64,000 nucleotides of DNA from positions 1 to 64,000 of IMG/VR virus record IMGVR_UViG_3300033075_000927; one strand, written 5' to 3'. The stretch is from a virus (taxonomy: Duplodnaviria > Caudoviricetes). Both the position numbers and the translations under genes were made by a program. Shown here one piece after another: positions 1 through 8,667 of this stretch. The notes beneath the pieces are model-generated. The model saw nothing but the letters and a program-made list of their open reading frames with translations. It was not told where the DNA came from and made no database searches. Position 1 is the stretch's first letter. Every line of letters begins with the position of its first letter.

Positions 1-2
1 CC

Positions 3-36
3 GTGACTGGAGTTCAGACGTGTGCTCTTCCGATCT
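3..36 (+). other. Illumina TruSeq adapter sequence (assembly artefact)
   Basis: Exact GTGACTGGAGTTCAGACGTGTGCTCTTCCGATCT at the contig start. Confidence 0.97.
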
Positions 37-45
37 TGACTCGCC

Positions 46-255
46 ATGCCTACGCTGTATGAAGACCTGGTAGCAGCAGACCAAGAGGTCTCCAACTGGC
101 AGTCAGACTTATACGTGCCTGCTACCGAGGAGGCGAAAGCTATCTTCCGCAAACACGGCCAGAAGTTGCTTTACTTCAAGAGCAACATAAACGGAAAGTT
201 TATGTTGGAGGCCTCATTCCAGTTCGACCCATTCTGGGAGAGGAGGGGCATGTGA
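46..255 (+). CDS. hypothetical phage protein (69 aa)
   Basis: ORF track; its stop overlaps the GTG of the next micro-ORF (GTGA). Confidence 0.7.
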   Translation: MPTLYEDLVAADQEVSNWQSDLYVPATEEAKAIFRKHGQKLLYFKSNINGKFMLEASFQFDPFWERRGM

Positions 256-598
256 CACCTTGTGGCTACGATGGGTCCAATTTCCAGTATATTGGCAGTA
301 GGTTCTACGCGCTGGACCTGTGGGGCGACCCCGACGTGGGTTACGATGACCAGAGTGAGATAGATAACGAGATCTACGTCAGCGTACCTCACCGCACCGA
401 CGTGAGACTTACACTATGACACCCTGTAGCTACGATGCCTGCAACTACCAACCAAGCCGGGAACCGTTTGCAGCCCTTGACCTGTGGATTTGCACAAATT
501 TTGCTGACCTGTCACACAGGTCAGCAATAGACAGCCATATCTACTGCCTTGTGGAGCGAGTAAGTCGTTCCATGTCCATACCTACCTGGTAACCAGCT

Positions 599-856
599 AT
601 GCCATACATCTTCCACGAACCAACCGGCGAAATCATTGACGACGACGGCCAAGTCATCGCCACTCTTTCTGACAATGCCCTGCCCGAGCAGGGCGAAGCA
701 CTTGTGAGGGCCTATAACAATGACGGCGAAGCTATGCGAAAAGTGTACTTGTCTGTGTGTCAGCGATATGCAGACGAACTACACAAGCATGAGCACGGCG
801 AGCCTCTTGCCAAAGTGGCTGAAGCTATTGCAAACGCGATAAAGGGCCTGACATGA
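599..856 (+). CDS. hypothetical protein (85 aa)
   Basis: ORF track; stop overlaps ATG 853. Confidence 0.7.
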   Translation: MPYIFHEPTGEIIDDDGQVIATLSDNALPEQGEALVRAYNNDGEAMRKVYLSVCQRYADELHKHEHGEPLAKVAEAIANAIKGLT

Positions 857-1229
857 CCAAACACCGCCTCATAAACCTCGCACTGGCCGCTACCTACGTC
901 GTAGCCAGTGTCGTTTTCCTACTAGACTTGCTCCTGTGGAGGCCGTGACGTGACACCATTTCGATATGACGGCTGCAACAATCAGAGCGGCACGCCAGGA
1001 CTCAATGTCTTCGACTACTCCCCAACGGCTTTCACGCTTGACCGTTATGTGTACGATCCGGTCAGAAACCTAAGAGTAGACGACTTTCTTTGGGACTTAA
1101 AATGAAACCCGCAGGCCTCAAAACAGGCCCAGACAACTGGGAGTCAGCGCCTAGCGCCCTGAAGCTGCTGTACATGAAAATATCGAAGTTCTACCAGTTG
1201 CATTTAGTGACTCAATTTTAGGAAATCAC

Positions 1230-1628
1230 ATGATCGAAAACGTCCAAATCAAGCACAGCATCAGCCGTGGCCGTGACACTTACGGCTACAACATCGTTAC
1301 AGCAGTCTGTAACGGCAAATCGTACCGCACCCTCGGAGGCGGCTACGACATGATCGGCACAGTGCTCGGTGACTGGTTCGAGTCTGAGCATCAAGATGAC
1401 CTGACAGCACTTGCCACGACGCTGACGCTGGAGCATTACGTCGGCACGACCAAGCGCCCTGCTAACGCCTTCTACGGCCTCTTTGTTCGTGCCGACAACT
1501 CCGTCTACATCGACGGCGCATGCGGCCTTAGCTGCGTGCTTGAGATTATCCGAGCCTGCGGCTACAAGACGCAGACCTGCTCCGACAGGAATGGCCGTAT
1601 CGAGTCGTTTTTGGTGTGGAAAGAGTGA
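1230..1628 (+). CDS. hypothetical phage protein (132 aa)
   Basis: Strong RBS (TTTAGGAAATCAC-ATG) and biased codon usage. Confidence 0.8.
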   Translation: MIENVQIKHSISRGRDTYGYNIVTAVCNGKSYRTLGGGYDMIGTVLGDWFESEHQDDLTALATTLTLEHYVGTTKRPANAFYGLFVRADNSVYIDGACGLSCVLEIIRACGYKTQTCSDRNGRIESFLVWKE

Positions 1629-1954
1629 CTCCAATACTCGCCGCACAGGCCACTCGGACGAATTGGCCCTACGACGAGTTCGAGGCGCTGCGCACCTGGC
1701 ACCCGTCAGACGCCTACACTTTGGTGGACCAAGGCGTCTACTACCCGATCTTCGAGGTCTGCGTTAAATTTAGTGGGTCTGTGGTGTGACATCAGTCCCA
1801 GTATCAACCACCACTCGCAGTAACTTCAGTACCCGCGCTTTCCGGGTACTACGCATATGGAAAGCAGATAGACCATATTATCAAGTTCACGACTGCTTCC
1901 ACGAGCTAATCCGTTTATCCTTTTCCATCAACCTGCAATTTTAAGGAAATCACT

Positions 1955-2218
1955 ATGCCTGACACAATTTACCTGCTATTTTACGACACAGACTCCGGCA
2001 GCCGAGAGGAGTGGAACACCTTCTACACCCCGTGTGAAGTTTTTCTATCAAGTGAAGACCGTGAGACTCGGGTCACTTACCTGAGCAATCTCTGTGATGA
2101 GGATGGTGACCCATATAGCTACATCTTTCACAAGATCAACTGTGCGCCAATCAGCGGCTCAGCTCTCACTGAGCCGCCAAGAGACGACTTGGACGAAGAA
2201 GACGAGATCGACTCCTAA
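1955..2218 (+). CDS. acidic hypothetical protein (87 aa)
   Basis: RBS TAAGGAAATCACT-ATG. Confidence 0.75.
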   Translation: MPDTIYLLFYDTDSGSREEWNTFYTPCEVFLSSEDRETRVTYLSNLCDEDGDPYSYIFHKINCAPISGSALTEPPRDDLDEEDEIDS

Positions 2219-2259
2219 CCACATAACGCCTCAACTCTAAATTTTAAGGAACTATTATC

Positions 2260-3279
2260 ATGTCAATGCCATTGAGCCAAGCCCTCAATAACGTTTTCGC
2301 ATGCCCTGCTACTACGTTTTTGCTCCTCGGTGCCCCCGGCGTAGGTAAGACTACTGCCACCATCAATGAAGCCCTGAGGCGTGGCAAGTACGTAATTAGA
2401 ACTGATTGCCAAAATATTCCGTCGGAAGATCTTGCCCGGCTGCCAGTTCTGAACAAGTCCAAAACTGCCATGACCTTTGCTATTCCAGAAATGTGGACAC
2501 CACGGCCTAATACCGTGATTGTCCTGGATGAGCTGCTGAAGGCTCCTGACGATACTGTCAACGCCTTTCTTCCACTGCTGCACGGCAAGCAGCTGTTTGG
2601 CCAGCAGTGGCCAGCTGACACCATCGTGGTCGTAACGTCAAACATTGCCGAATTTCGCGTAGGCGACAAGCTCCAGCCGCACGTCCTGAACCGCATGGTA
2701 AAGCTGGAGATTTCCGATCCGACAGCTTCCGAAGCCGAAGCGCTGATGCTGGACCTGGGCTTCGACAGTCGCATCATCCGCTGGACGCAGCAAGTACCGT
2801 CAGCACTGATCTCCTACAACGCTGATACGGCTTCCAAGCCTGATTCGGAGTTGGATTTTTACTTTGGTTACTCTCCACGTCAGCCTCGTGAGCCGTTCTG
2901 TAGTTTGCGGTCACTTCATACGGCTAGTATGCTGCTGCAAGCTGGCATTACCGACTCCGACACGCTGGCAGGCGCAATCGGCAAGAAGGCAGCGCACTCT
3001 TTGGCCTTGTACTGCAAGGAGATTCGGAGTTTCGTGCAGCCTGCCCATATCCTGGACGGTTCGGCCAAGGTACCGGACAATTTGTTTGATTGCAGAATGG
3101 CCAGCATTACAGCGGTGGCAATTATGACCCCAGATAACTGGGAGATCGTCCTCAATTACATTGAACGTCTGCCTGCCGAGATCCAGTCACTGGCTTGTCG
3201 GGCTGCGGCGAGGAAGTCTACTTTGAAGGGTCTGTGCCTGAATCGTCGCTGGAACAAGTGGGTGACTGCGAATTCTTGA
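2260..3279 (+). CDS. MoxR/dynein-like AAA+ ATPase
   Basis: Walker A GAPGVGKT, Walker B IVLDEL, sensor TSN and arginine-finger NR region; a vWA protein lies downstream. Confidence 0.8.
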   Translation: MSMPLSQALNNVFACPATTFLLLGAPGVGKTTATINEALRRGKYVIRTDCQNIPSEDLARLPVLNKSKTAMTFAIPEMWTPRPNTVIVLDELLKAPDDTVNAFLPLLHGKQLFGQQWPADTIVVVTSNIAEFRVGDKLQPHVLNRMVKLEISDPTASEAEALMLDLGFDSRIIRWTQQVPSALISYNADTASKPDSELDFYFGYSPRQPREPFCSLRSLHTASMLLQAGITDSDTLAGAIGKKAAHSLALYCKEIRSFVQPAHILDGSAKVPDNLFDCRMASITAVAIMTPDNWEIVLNYIERLPAEIQSLACRAAARKSTLKGLCLNRRWNKWVTANS

Positions 3280-3285
3280 GGGCGG

Positions 3286-3332
3286 TGGTATAATGCGAAT
3301 GCCCAGACAGCAGGCGAGCTGTCTGGGCATTC
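3286..3332 (+). promoter_or_regulatory. extended -10 promoter followed by a 14-bp perfect hairpin upstream of the HNH gene
   Basis: TGgTATAAT at 3286-3294; GAATGCCCAGACAG (3297-3310) pairs with CTGTCTGGGCATTC (3319-3332). Confidence 0.7.
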
Positions 3333-3361
3333 TACCCACCCACTGAAAAGGAGCTTCAGCG

Positions 3362-3961
3362 ATGGCTGAACATATTATACGTCAAGTTCCTCGTCCCGTT
3401 TCGAGGGCGCCTACTCAAAAACTTGAAAAGGTTTCTAAGCCTGAAAAGGTTTTTAAGCCCGTTGAGCCCCAAACCTTGACAGCAGAGTATCTGCGCTCGA
3501 TTTTGCATTACGACCAGGAAACTGGGGTCTTCACGAGGGTAGTCCGTACCTCCAACCGAATACAGGTAGGTGATACCGCAGGAAGCGTAAACGGTCAGGG
3601 GTACATTCACATACGGGTACTTGGTGTGCTGTACCCGGCACACCGATTAGTGTGGCTATACCTGCACGGTGAGTGGCCTAAGCATCAGATAGATCACGTA
3701 GACAGAGACAGGTTGAATAACCGGGCTGCGAATCTGAGAGAGGCGACCCAACAGCAAAACCTAAAGAACAAGGTGACCTACAGCAATAGCAAGTCAGGAC
3801 ACCCAGGAGTCCACTGGTATAGCCGCTACTCCAAGTGGCACGCCGAGATATCTAACAACCGGAAGAGAATAGACTTAGGCTACTACGACACTCTAGAAGA
3901 TGCCATCGCAGCCCGAAAAGCCGGCGAGCTGACGTATTGGGGCGCACACCGCTCCGACTGA
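3362..3961 (+). CDS. HNH endonuclease with AP2-like C-terminal DNA-binding domain
   Basis: AHRLVWLYLHGEWP..IDHVDRDRLNNRAANLREAT motif; C-terminal WHAEI..LGYYDTLEDAIAARK. Confidence 0.9.
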   Translation: MAEHIIRQVPRPVSRAPTQKLEKVSKPEKVFKPVEPQTLTAEYLRSILHYDQETGVFTRVVRTSNRIQVGDTAGSVNGQGYIHIRVLGVLYPAHRLVWLYLHGEWPKHQIDHVDRDRLNNRAANLREATQQQNLKNKVTYSNSKSGHPGVHWYSRYSKWHAEISNNRKRIDLGYYDTLEDAIAARKAGELTYWGAHRSD

Positions 3962-3981
3962 TCTAAACCATTTCTCAACCC

Positions 3982-4005
3982 AGCCCGCTAACGCGGGCTT
4001 TCTTT
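3982..4005 (+). terminator. intrinsic terminator
   Basis: AGCCCGC-TAAC-GCGGGCT followed by TTCTTT. Confidence 0.75.
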
Positions 4006-4040
4006 CACAACCTTCCTTTCAACCTTAATAGGAGTTCCAC

Positions 4041-4643
4041 ATGTCCAAAGAGTATGTTTTGAGCGATGAGCAACGTAGTCTCTTTCCTGCCTACGTGCAG
4101 AAATTTACTGCTCTCTGTTTGCACACGGTAGAGCCTGATGACAAATTTGACCATGAGTTTGCGATCAAAGCTACTAAGAATCTTTTTAAAATTGCTGGAA
4201 TTGAGCCTCCGAAGAACTTCTTTGTAGGTACGTGGCCAGAATGTGTGGCTGAAGCTCGTCGCATTAACACGGCTATTGACCGGGTAATTGACCCTAAAGC
4301 CCCAGAGAACAAGGAGGTGTCTAGTAGCCTGGGCTGGGGTCAGTTTAGTGCTGCCGCTGCTGGCTTTGCTGAGTTCTTTGTCAAGGAATTTGGAGCTGAT
4401 GAGCTGGCCGAAAAGTACCGCGTCATCATGGACGTTACTTTAGCTTCTGGCCCCACGCTGCTGTTCAATGAAGCGGCCTTCCTGTCTTACCATCCAACCG
4501 AGATCATCAAGGGTGAGAACGACTCCTTGACTCCAGTCTGGAACCAGCCAGCTGGTATCGGTGGCTGGGTGCAAGGTGATCCGCAAGAGCTGATCGACTT
4601 CTGCGTGGCCAACAAGCGCAAAGCCGCCAAGAAGCGTCGTTGA
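4041..4643 (+). CDS. hypothetical protein, DUF6745-like
   Basis: RBS AGGAG; N-terminus LSDEQRSLFPAYVQKF and a GQF..A..GF..FF segment resemble DUF6745 proteins as I recall them. Confidence 0.55.
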   Translation: MSKEYVLSDEQRSLFPAYVQKFTALCLHTVEPDDKFDHEFAIKATKNLFKIAGIEPPKNFFVGTWPECVAEARRINTAIDRVIDPKAPENKEVSSSLGWGQFSAAAAGFAEFFVKEFGADELAEKYRVIMDVTLASGPTLLFNEAAFLSYHPTEIIKGENDSLTPVWNQPAGIGGWVQGDPQELIDFCVANKRKAAKKRR

Positions 4644-4694
4644 TGATCGGGCCAGGGCACTTGACAGGTGCCCTGTCTCACAGGAGAACCTGTA

Positions 4695-5760
4695 ATGACC
4701 AACACAGCCGTCCACCTAGAAGCAGCTCTTGAGGACAGCCTGCCGTTCATCTACGAGCTTTGGATGTCGCTGGATGTAACGTTCAAGCTGAATCGAGAGG
4801 ACTTGCTATGACACCAGCGTATTTAGCAGTGGAGACTGTGGAGTTTTGCACCGACCTTTGTGACGAGCTGTACTGGACCCTCGACGAGGCCTGGAAGATA
4901 CAAGACCGGAACCTTCTATGACACCGACAAATATCCCGGTAATTGCTTCTCTACCTCACCACGCAGGACTGACGGTCTTCTACTCCCTGCACTACCGCAT
5001 GCTATACACCGTCCAGGAGTCGGTACCACCATGAACCCAACAGATTACGCTGAACTGACCCTGGATGCGATGGAATTTGACCTGGTGAACCACGCCAATG
5101 TAAGCTACGTTACGACCAACGAGACCATAGAGTCGATGCTTGGCATACCAGATCTTCCAGAAGCTGTCGAACTGTCTGTTATGGAGTTCAACTATGGCAC
5201 ATTTTAATCGACCTGTAAACAGCATGGAATTCTACTTCTACGGAAGGGAGACCTACACGAAACTTGGCAATGCGGGCCTGAGAAGGCTTGAAACAACGGG
5301 CTTCCAGCTGGCAAACTACTGGCGCTCAAAGCCTGAAGTGCCAGTATGACACCCTACCAATACATGCCAATAGGCACAGCCTACTACCTGATCTGCGCTA
5401 CCGACTTCAGTGAGTTGTCAGAAGCTGGCATGGCCGATCTCAAAGTCCTTGGCCAAAGACTGATATGGATAACTGCACCATGACCGCCTTCCACTTCTAT
5501 ATACCGCACTCAGCGATGTCAACCATAGCAATAAGCAAAGCAAGCCGCCACGTCTGGGATCAACTCGCAGACAACCTGCACAACCCCATCGTATGGCCGC
5601 TGCTGAATGCCTGCAGAGAATGACCGGCGTAAACCTAATAACTTTTGCTACCCCAAAAGCCGGTAGGCTCCGTGCAGTCGAATGGGAGGTATGGGAACAA
5701 CTACTGTACACAGTACATCACACAGCTTTCGATGTTACATACGGCATACGAACCTTCTAA
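4695..5760 (+). other. micro-ORF cluster B (8 microproteins)
   Basis: 4695-4811 (38 aa), 4808-4921 (37 aa MTPAYL), 4918-5034 (38 aa MTPTNI), 5031-5207 (58 aa), 5224-5349 (41 aa), 5346-5483 (45 aa MTPYQY), 5480-5623 (47 aa), 5620-5760 (46 aa). Six ATGA overlaps. Confidence 0.8.
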
Positions 5761-5882
5761 GCCTGCGCTACCTCATCTGGCCCATCTACACCATGAATAC
5801 CGGGTTCCCAACGTCTAACCTAGTATGGGCTACCCCACCCAGTAAACTCAGCCACCCACCAGGTAAATTTTTGGAGCAACAC

Positions 5883-7082
5883 ATGAAACAACATTTCGAC
5901 GTCCTCATCCGTCACCTGCCGCAAATTGAGCCCCTGCTGTTCGTGCAGCAGTTCACCATTCTCAGCCCAGAGACTTGGGACAAGAAGTTTGCGGGCACGC
6001 CCAACAAGACAGCTTGCTGCACGCCACAAGGATTCTGGTTTCATCAAGAGTTCTGGGGCAGCCTGCCCTTCAACAAGCAGGTAGGCTTGGTCCTGCACGA
6101 GGTGTTTCACGGAGCGCTGGGCCATCTCTCAGACCCATTCAAAGACTTCACCCTGCCACCGCACACCTTTCAGCAACTGGCAAACATCGCCCAAGACATC
6201 GTCATCGAAAACGCCATCTACGAGCTGGCCAACAAAATCCAAACTGGTCGCTCGCTGGAGAAGCGCGACATTGCCCAACAGTACGACCCGCAGATCTTCC
6301 TGCCCTACGCTGGCATGTCTTGGCGGCAGGTGTACGAGGCGCTGCGCAGCCAGATGAAGCAGCAGGGCCAAGGTCAGGGCACTGGGCCAGTCTGCGACCT
6401 CTCTCAAGCCCGTGGCCAAGAGGACAGCACCTCCAGCGAGGTTGCCCAGCGCTGGGAAGCCGCCCGGCAGGAATCGGAGGCCATCAAGGAGCGCGTCCGC
6501 AACCAGGGCAACTCCGGCTCCGGCCAGACCATCGACATTGCTCCAGAGCAGGCTGTGATCCCCTGGCAGACCTACCTGATCAACTACCTCGTGTCGGCCC
6601 CCTGGCCGGTGCGCAAACAGTGGAGCAACATCAAGCGCCGCCCGTTCACTCAGTCTGGCGCCTACGTGCCCAAGCTCGGCGGTCAGTCCAACGTATTACC
6701 CATCGTCAACCTGTTCCTGGACACCTCTGGTTCCATGTCAGGCGACTACGGTGACCTGGCCGCTGAAGTCATGTCCATCTGCTCGATGGCCAAGAAGGTG
6801 ATGCGGGTGGATTACGATGTGGGTGTCGCCTATCAGGAGCTGATCGAAGACCCTGAAGACTACGTCATCACGCAACTGCACGGTGGTGGCGGCACTTGCT
6901 TCCAGACGGCGCTGAACCAGATGCTTGAAGACCGGGACTTCAACCGCGACGCTCCGGTCGTTGTGCTCACGGACGGCGGAGACTCCTACGACGTAGGCCA
7001 CCTTGGTGTACCCTGCGTCTTCGTCAGCTACGGCTGCAACTTCACATCTGATGCTGGCCCAGTGTTCATGGTGAAGAAGTGA
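5883..7082 (+). CDS. HExxH metallopeptidase-like plus vWA domain protein (DUF2201-type)
   Basis: LHEVFHGALGH motif; C-terminal vWA with MIDAS elements DTSGSM, GGGT and TDG. Start set at MKQHF behind GGAG. Confidence 0.8.
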   Translation: MKQHFDVLIRHLPQIEPLLFVQQFTILSPETWDKKFAGTPNKTACCTPQGFWFHQEFWGSLPFNKQVGLVLHEVFHGALGHLSDPFKDFTLPPHTFQQLANIAQDIVIENAIYELANKIQTGRSLEKRDIAQQYDPQIFLPYAGMSWRQVYEALRSQMKQQGQGQGTGPVCDLSQARGQEDSTSSEVAQRWEAARQESEAIKERVRNQGNSGSGQTIDIAPEQAVIPWQTYLINYLVSAPWPVRKQWSNIKRRPFTQSGAYVPKLGGQSNVLPIVNLFLDTSGSMSGDYGDLAAEVMSICSMAKKVMRVDYDVGVAYQELIEDPEDYVITQLHGGGGTCFQTALNQMLEDRDFNRDAPVVVLTDGGDSYDVGHLGVPCVFVSYGCNFTSDAGPVFMVKK

Positions 7083-7993
7083 CACCAGCCGACCACATTG
7101 TTCGCCAATGTCATATGTATATGACATTGGACGTAGGCTTCAACTGCAGGTACCGAGTGGCAGCGCAGTTGAATCTTAAAGTCTATACTGATGCTGTCGA
7201 GCAGATGGTCAGAAAGGTGTTTAAGGTATGACGAACTCTCTAGGCTCAGCTAGATGGCTGTACAGTTACCTAGTGCATTCTGTATGCAGAGACGTGAGGC
7301 GGGACATGCACGACTCGCTGTTCAAGCCAATTCACACACCTGCCATATCTCGCCTAATAGGCTCGCTGTTAAGCGAGGAGTAAGCATGACATTGACTGAA
7401 AAACCAGAATTAATTACTCCGTGGCAATTTGTCATCGGGCAGATGTCAAAAGGGCAAGGGCCGGGCTTCATAAGCCTGTACCTTAAGCTGTGCCCACCTG
7501 CCGGAGCTAGAGTCATCGGAAGCCTTCTTTTAGACCTATGACCAACCTACCCTACCAAGGCCTGCCGTCATGGCCAGCGTACCTGGAACCAGAGATGCTG
7601 CGCTGCCACTTCGTTGTGGCGGAGTTTATTCAGGTCGCCGTAGCTGCAACCAGATTGCACCACTCAACTTATGGAGCGCTGAGGTGACACCATCTAACCT
7701 ACCTCCAAACGGCGGAGTAAAGGAGATATTTACTCTAACTCAAGGGCAGTCCGCACTCACAGCCCGACTCTTCTATGAACTATTCGGCCTGAGCATTAAG
7801 ATTCACAACACCTTACTGAAGGAAATTTATGGAATCAAACATCATTGACGTGCCGGACCTCGGTCTGACGCTACGCACTCTGCTTGCCATTGCAGATACT
7901 AGGCTCAAGTCCACTGGCCACAAGACTTACCGCATCAGGTACAAGCACATGATCATCGGTTCAGTCAAAGTTCGGCACCAAGAGCCGAGGTAA
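7079..7993 (+). other. micro-ORF cluster C (6 microproteins)
   Basis: 7079-7231 (50 aa MTPADH), 7228-7383 (51 aa), 7386-7541 (51 aa), 7538-7687 (49 aa), 7684-7848 (54 aa MTPSNL), 7829-7993 (54 aa). Confidence 0.8.
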
Positions 7994-7998
7994 GTCAC

Positions 7999-8667
7999 AT
8001 GCGCTACTTCTTCACCCTCACTTCCAGTAACGCCAAAACTGGCAACATCCCGCAGGTCTACGCTCAGCGCAGCACCTGCCCGCCAAGTTGTATCCACTAC
8101 GGCACCACCTGCTATGCGGAGGGCTTCTACACCGCCCTTAATTGGCGCAAGGCGGACACCGGCATCACGTTGGCTGAGCTGTGCGACAAAATCTCCAGCC
8201 TGCCTCGCTACCAGCTCTGGCGCTACGCAGTGGCTGGAGACCTGCCGGGGCAGGGTGAGGCTGTCGATTCAGAGGCGCTGATGCACATCGCGGCGGCCAA
8301 TTACAGTAAGCTGGGCTTCGGCTTCACACACAAGCGGTCTGATGAGGCCCTGGCCGCAGCCCGTAAAGCAACGGCTGCCGGGTTCACAATCAACGTGTCC
8401 GCAGACGGGCTGGCCGACCTTGACCAGCTGCATGCTCGCGGGGCCTGGCCACTGGTCGTCACGCTGCCATCCGATTCGCCGCGCCGCCTGACCTCGCCAG
8501 CTGGCCTGCCGGTGGCCATTTGCCCGGCCCAGGTCATGGACACGAACTGCGACCGCTGCCGCCTCTGCGCCCGGCCCGAGCGCAAGGTGGTGGTCGGCTT
8601 CTTGGCCCACGGCAACCGCAAGGTTCGACTTGATGGGCGACTTCGGGCGATGGTGGAGGGCATATGA
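7999..8667 (+). CDS. Cys-rich phage protein, GP88-like (possible Fe-S/radical-SAM-like fold)
   Basis: NAKTG..TCPPSC....TCYA, WRYAVAGD and C-terminal CPAQ....CDRCRLC motifs. Confidence 0.5.
   Translation: MRYFFTLTSSNAKTGNIPQVYAQRSTCPPSCIHYGTTCYAEGFYTALNWRKADTGITLAELCDKISSLPRYQLWRYAVAGDLPGQGEAVDSEALMHIAAANYSKLGFGFTHKRSDEALAAARKATAAGFTINVSADGLADLDQLHARGAWPLVVTLPSDSPRRLTSPAGLPVAICPAQVMDTNCDRCRLCARPERKVVVGFLAHGNRKVRLDGRLRAMVEGI

Larger units (their letters stand above)
252..1944 (+). other. micro-ORF cluster A (7 microproteins interleaved with two larger ORFs)
   Basis: Hand translation: 252-419 (55 aa MTPCGYDG), 416-592 (58 aa MTPCSYDA), 853-948 (31 aa MTKHRL, hydrophobic), 950-1105 (51 aa MTPFRYDG), 1102-1221 (39 aa), 1625-1789 (54 aa MTPILA), 1786-1944 (52 aa MTSVPV). 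Most are joined by RTGA overlaps. Confidence 0.8.
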
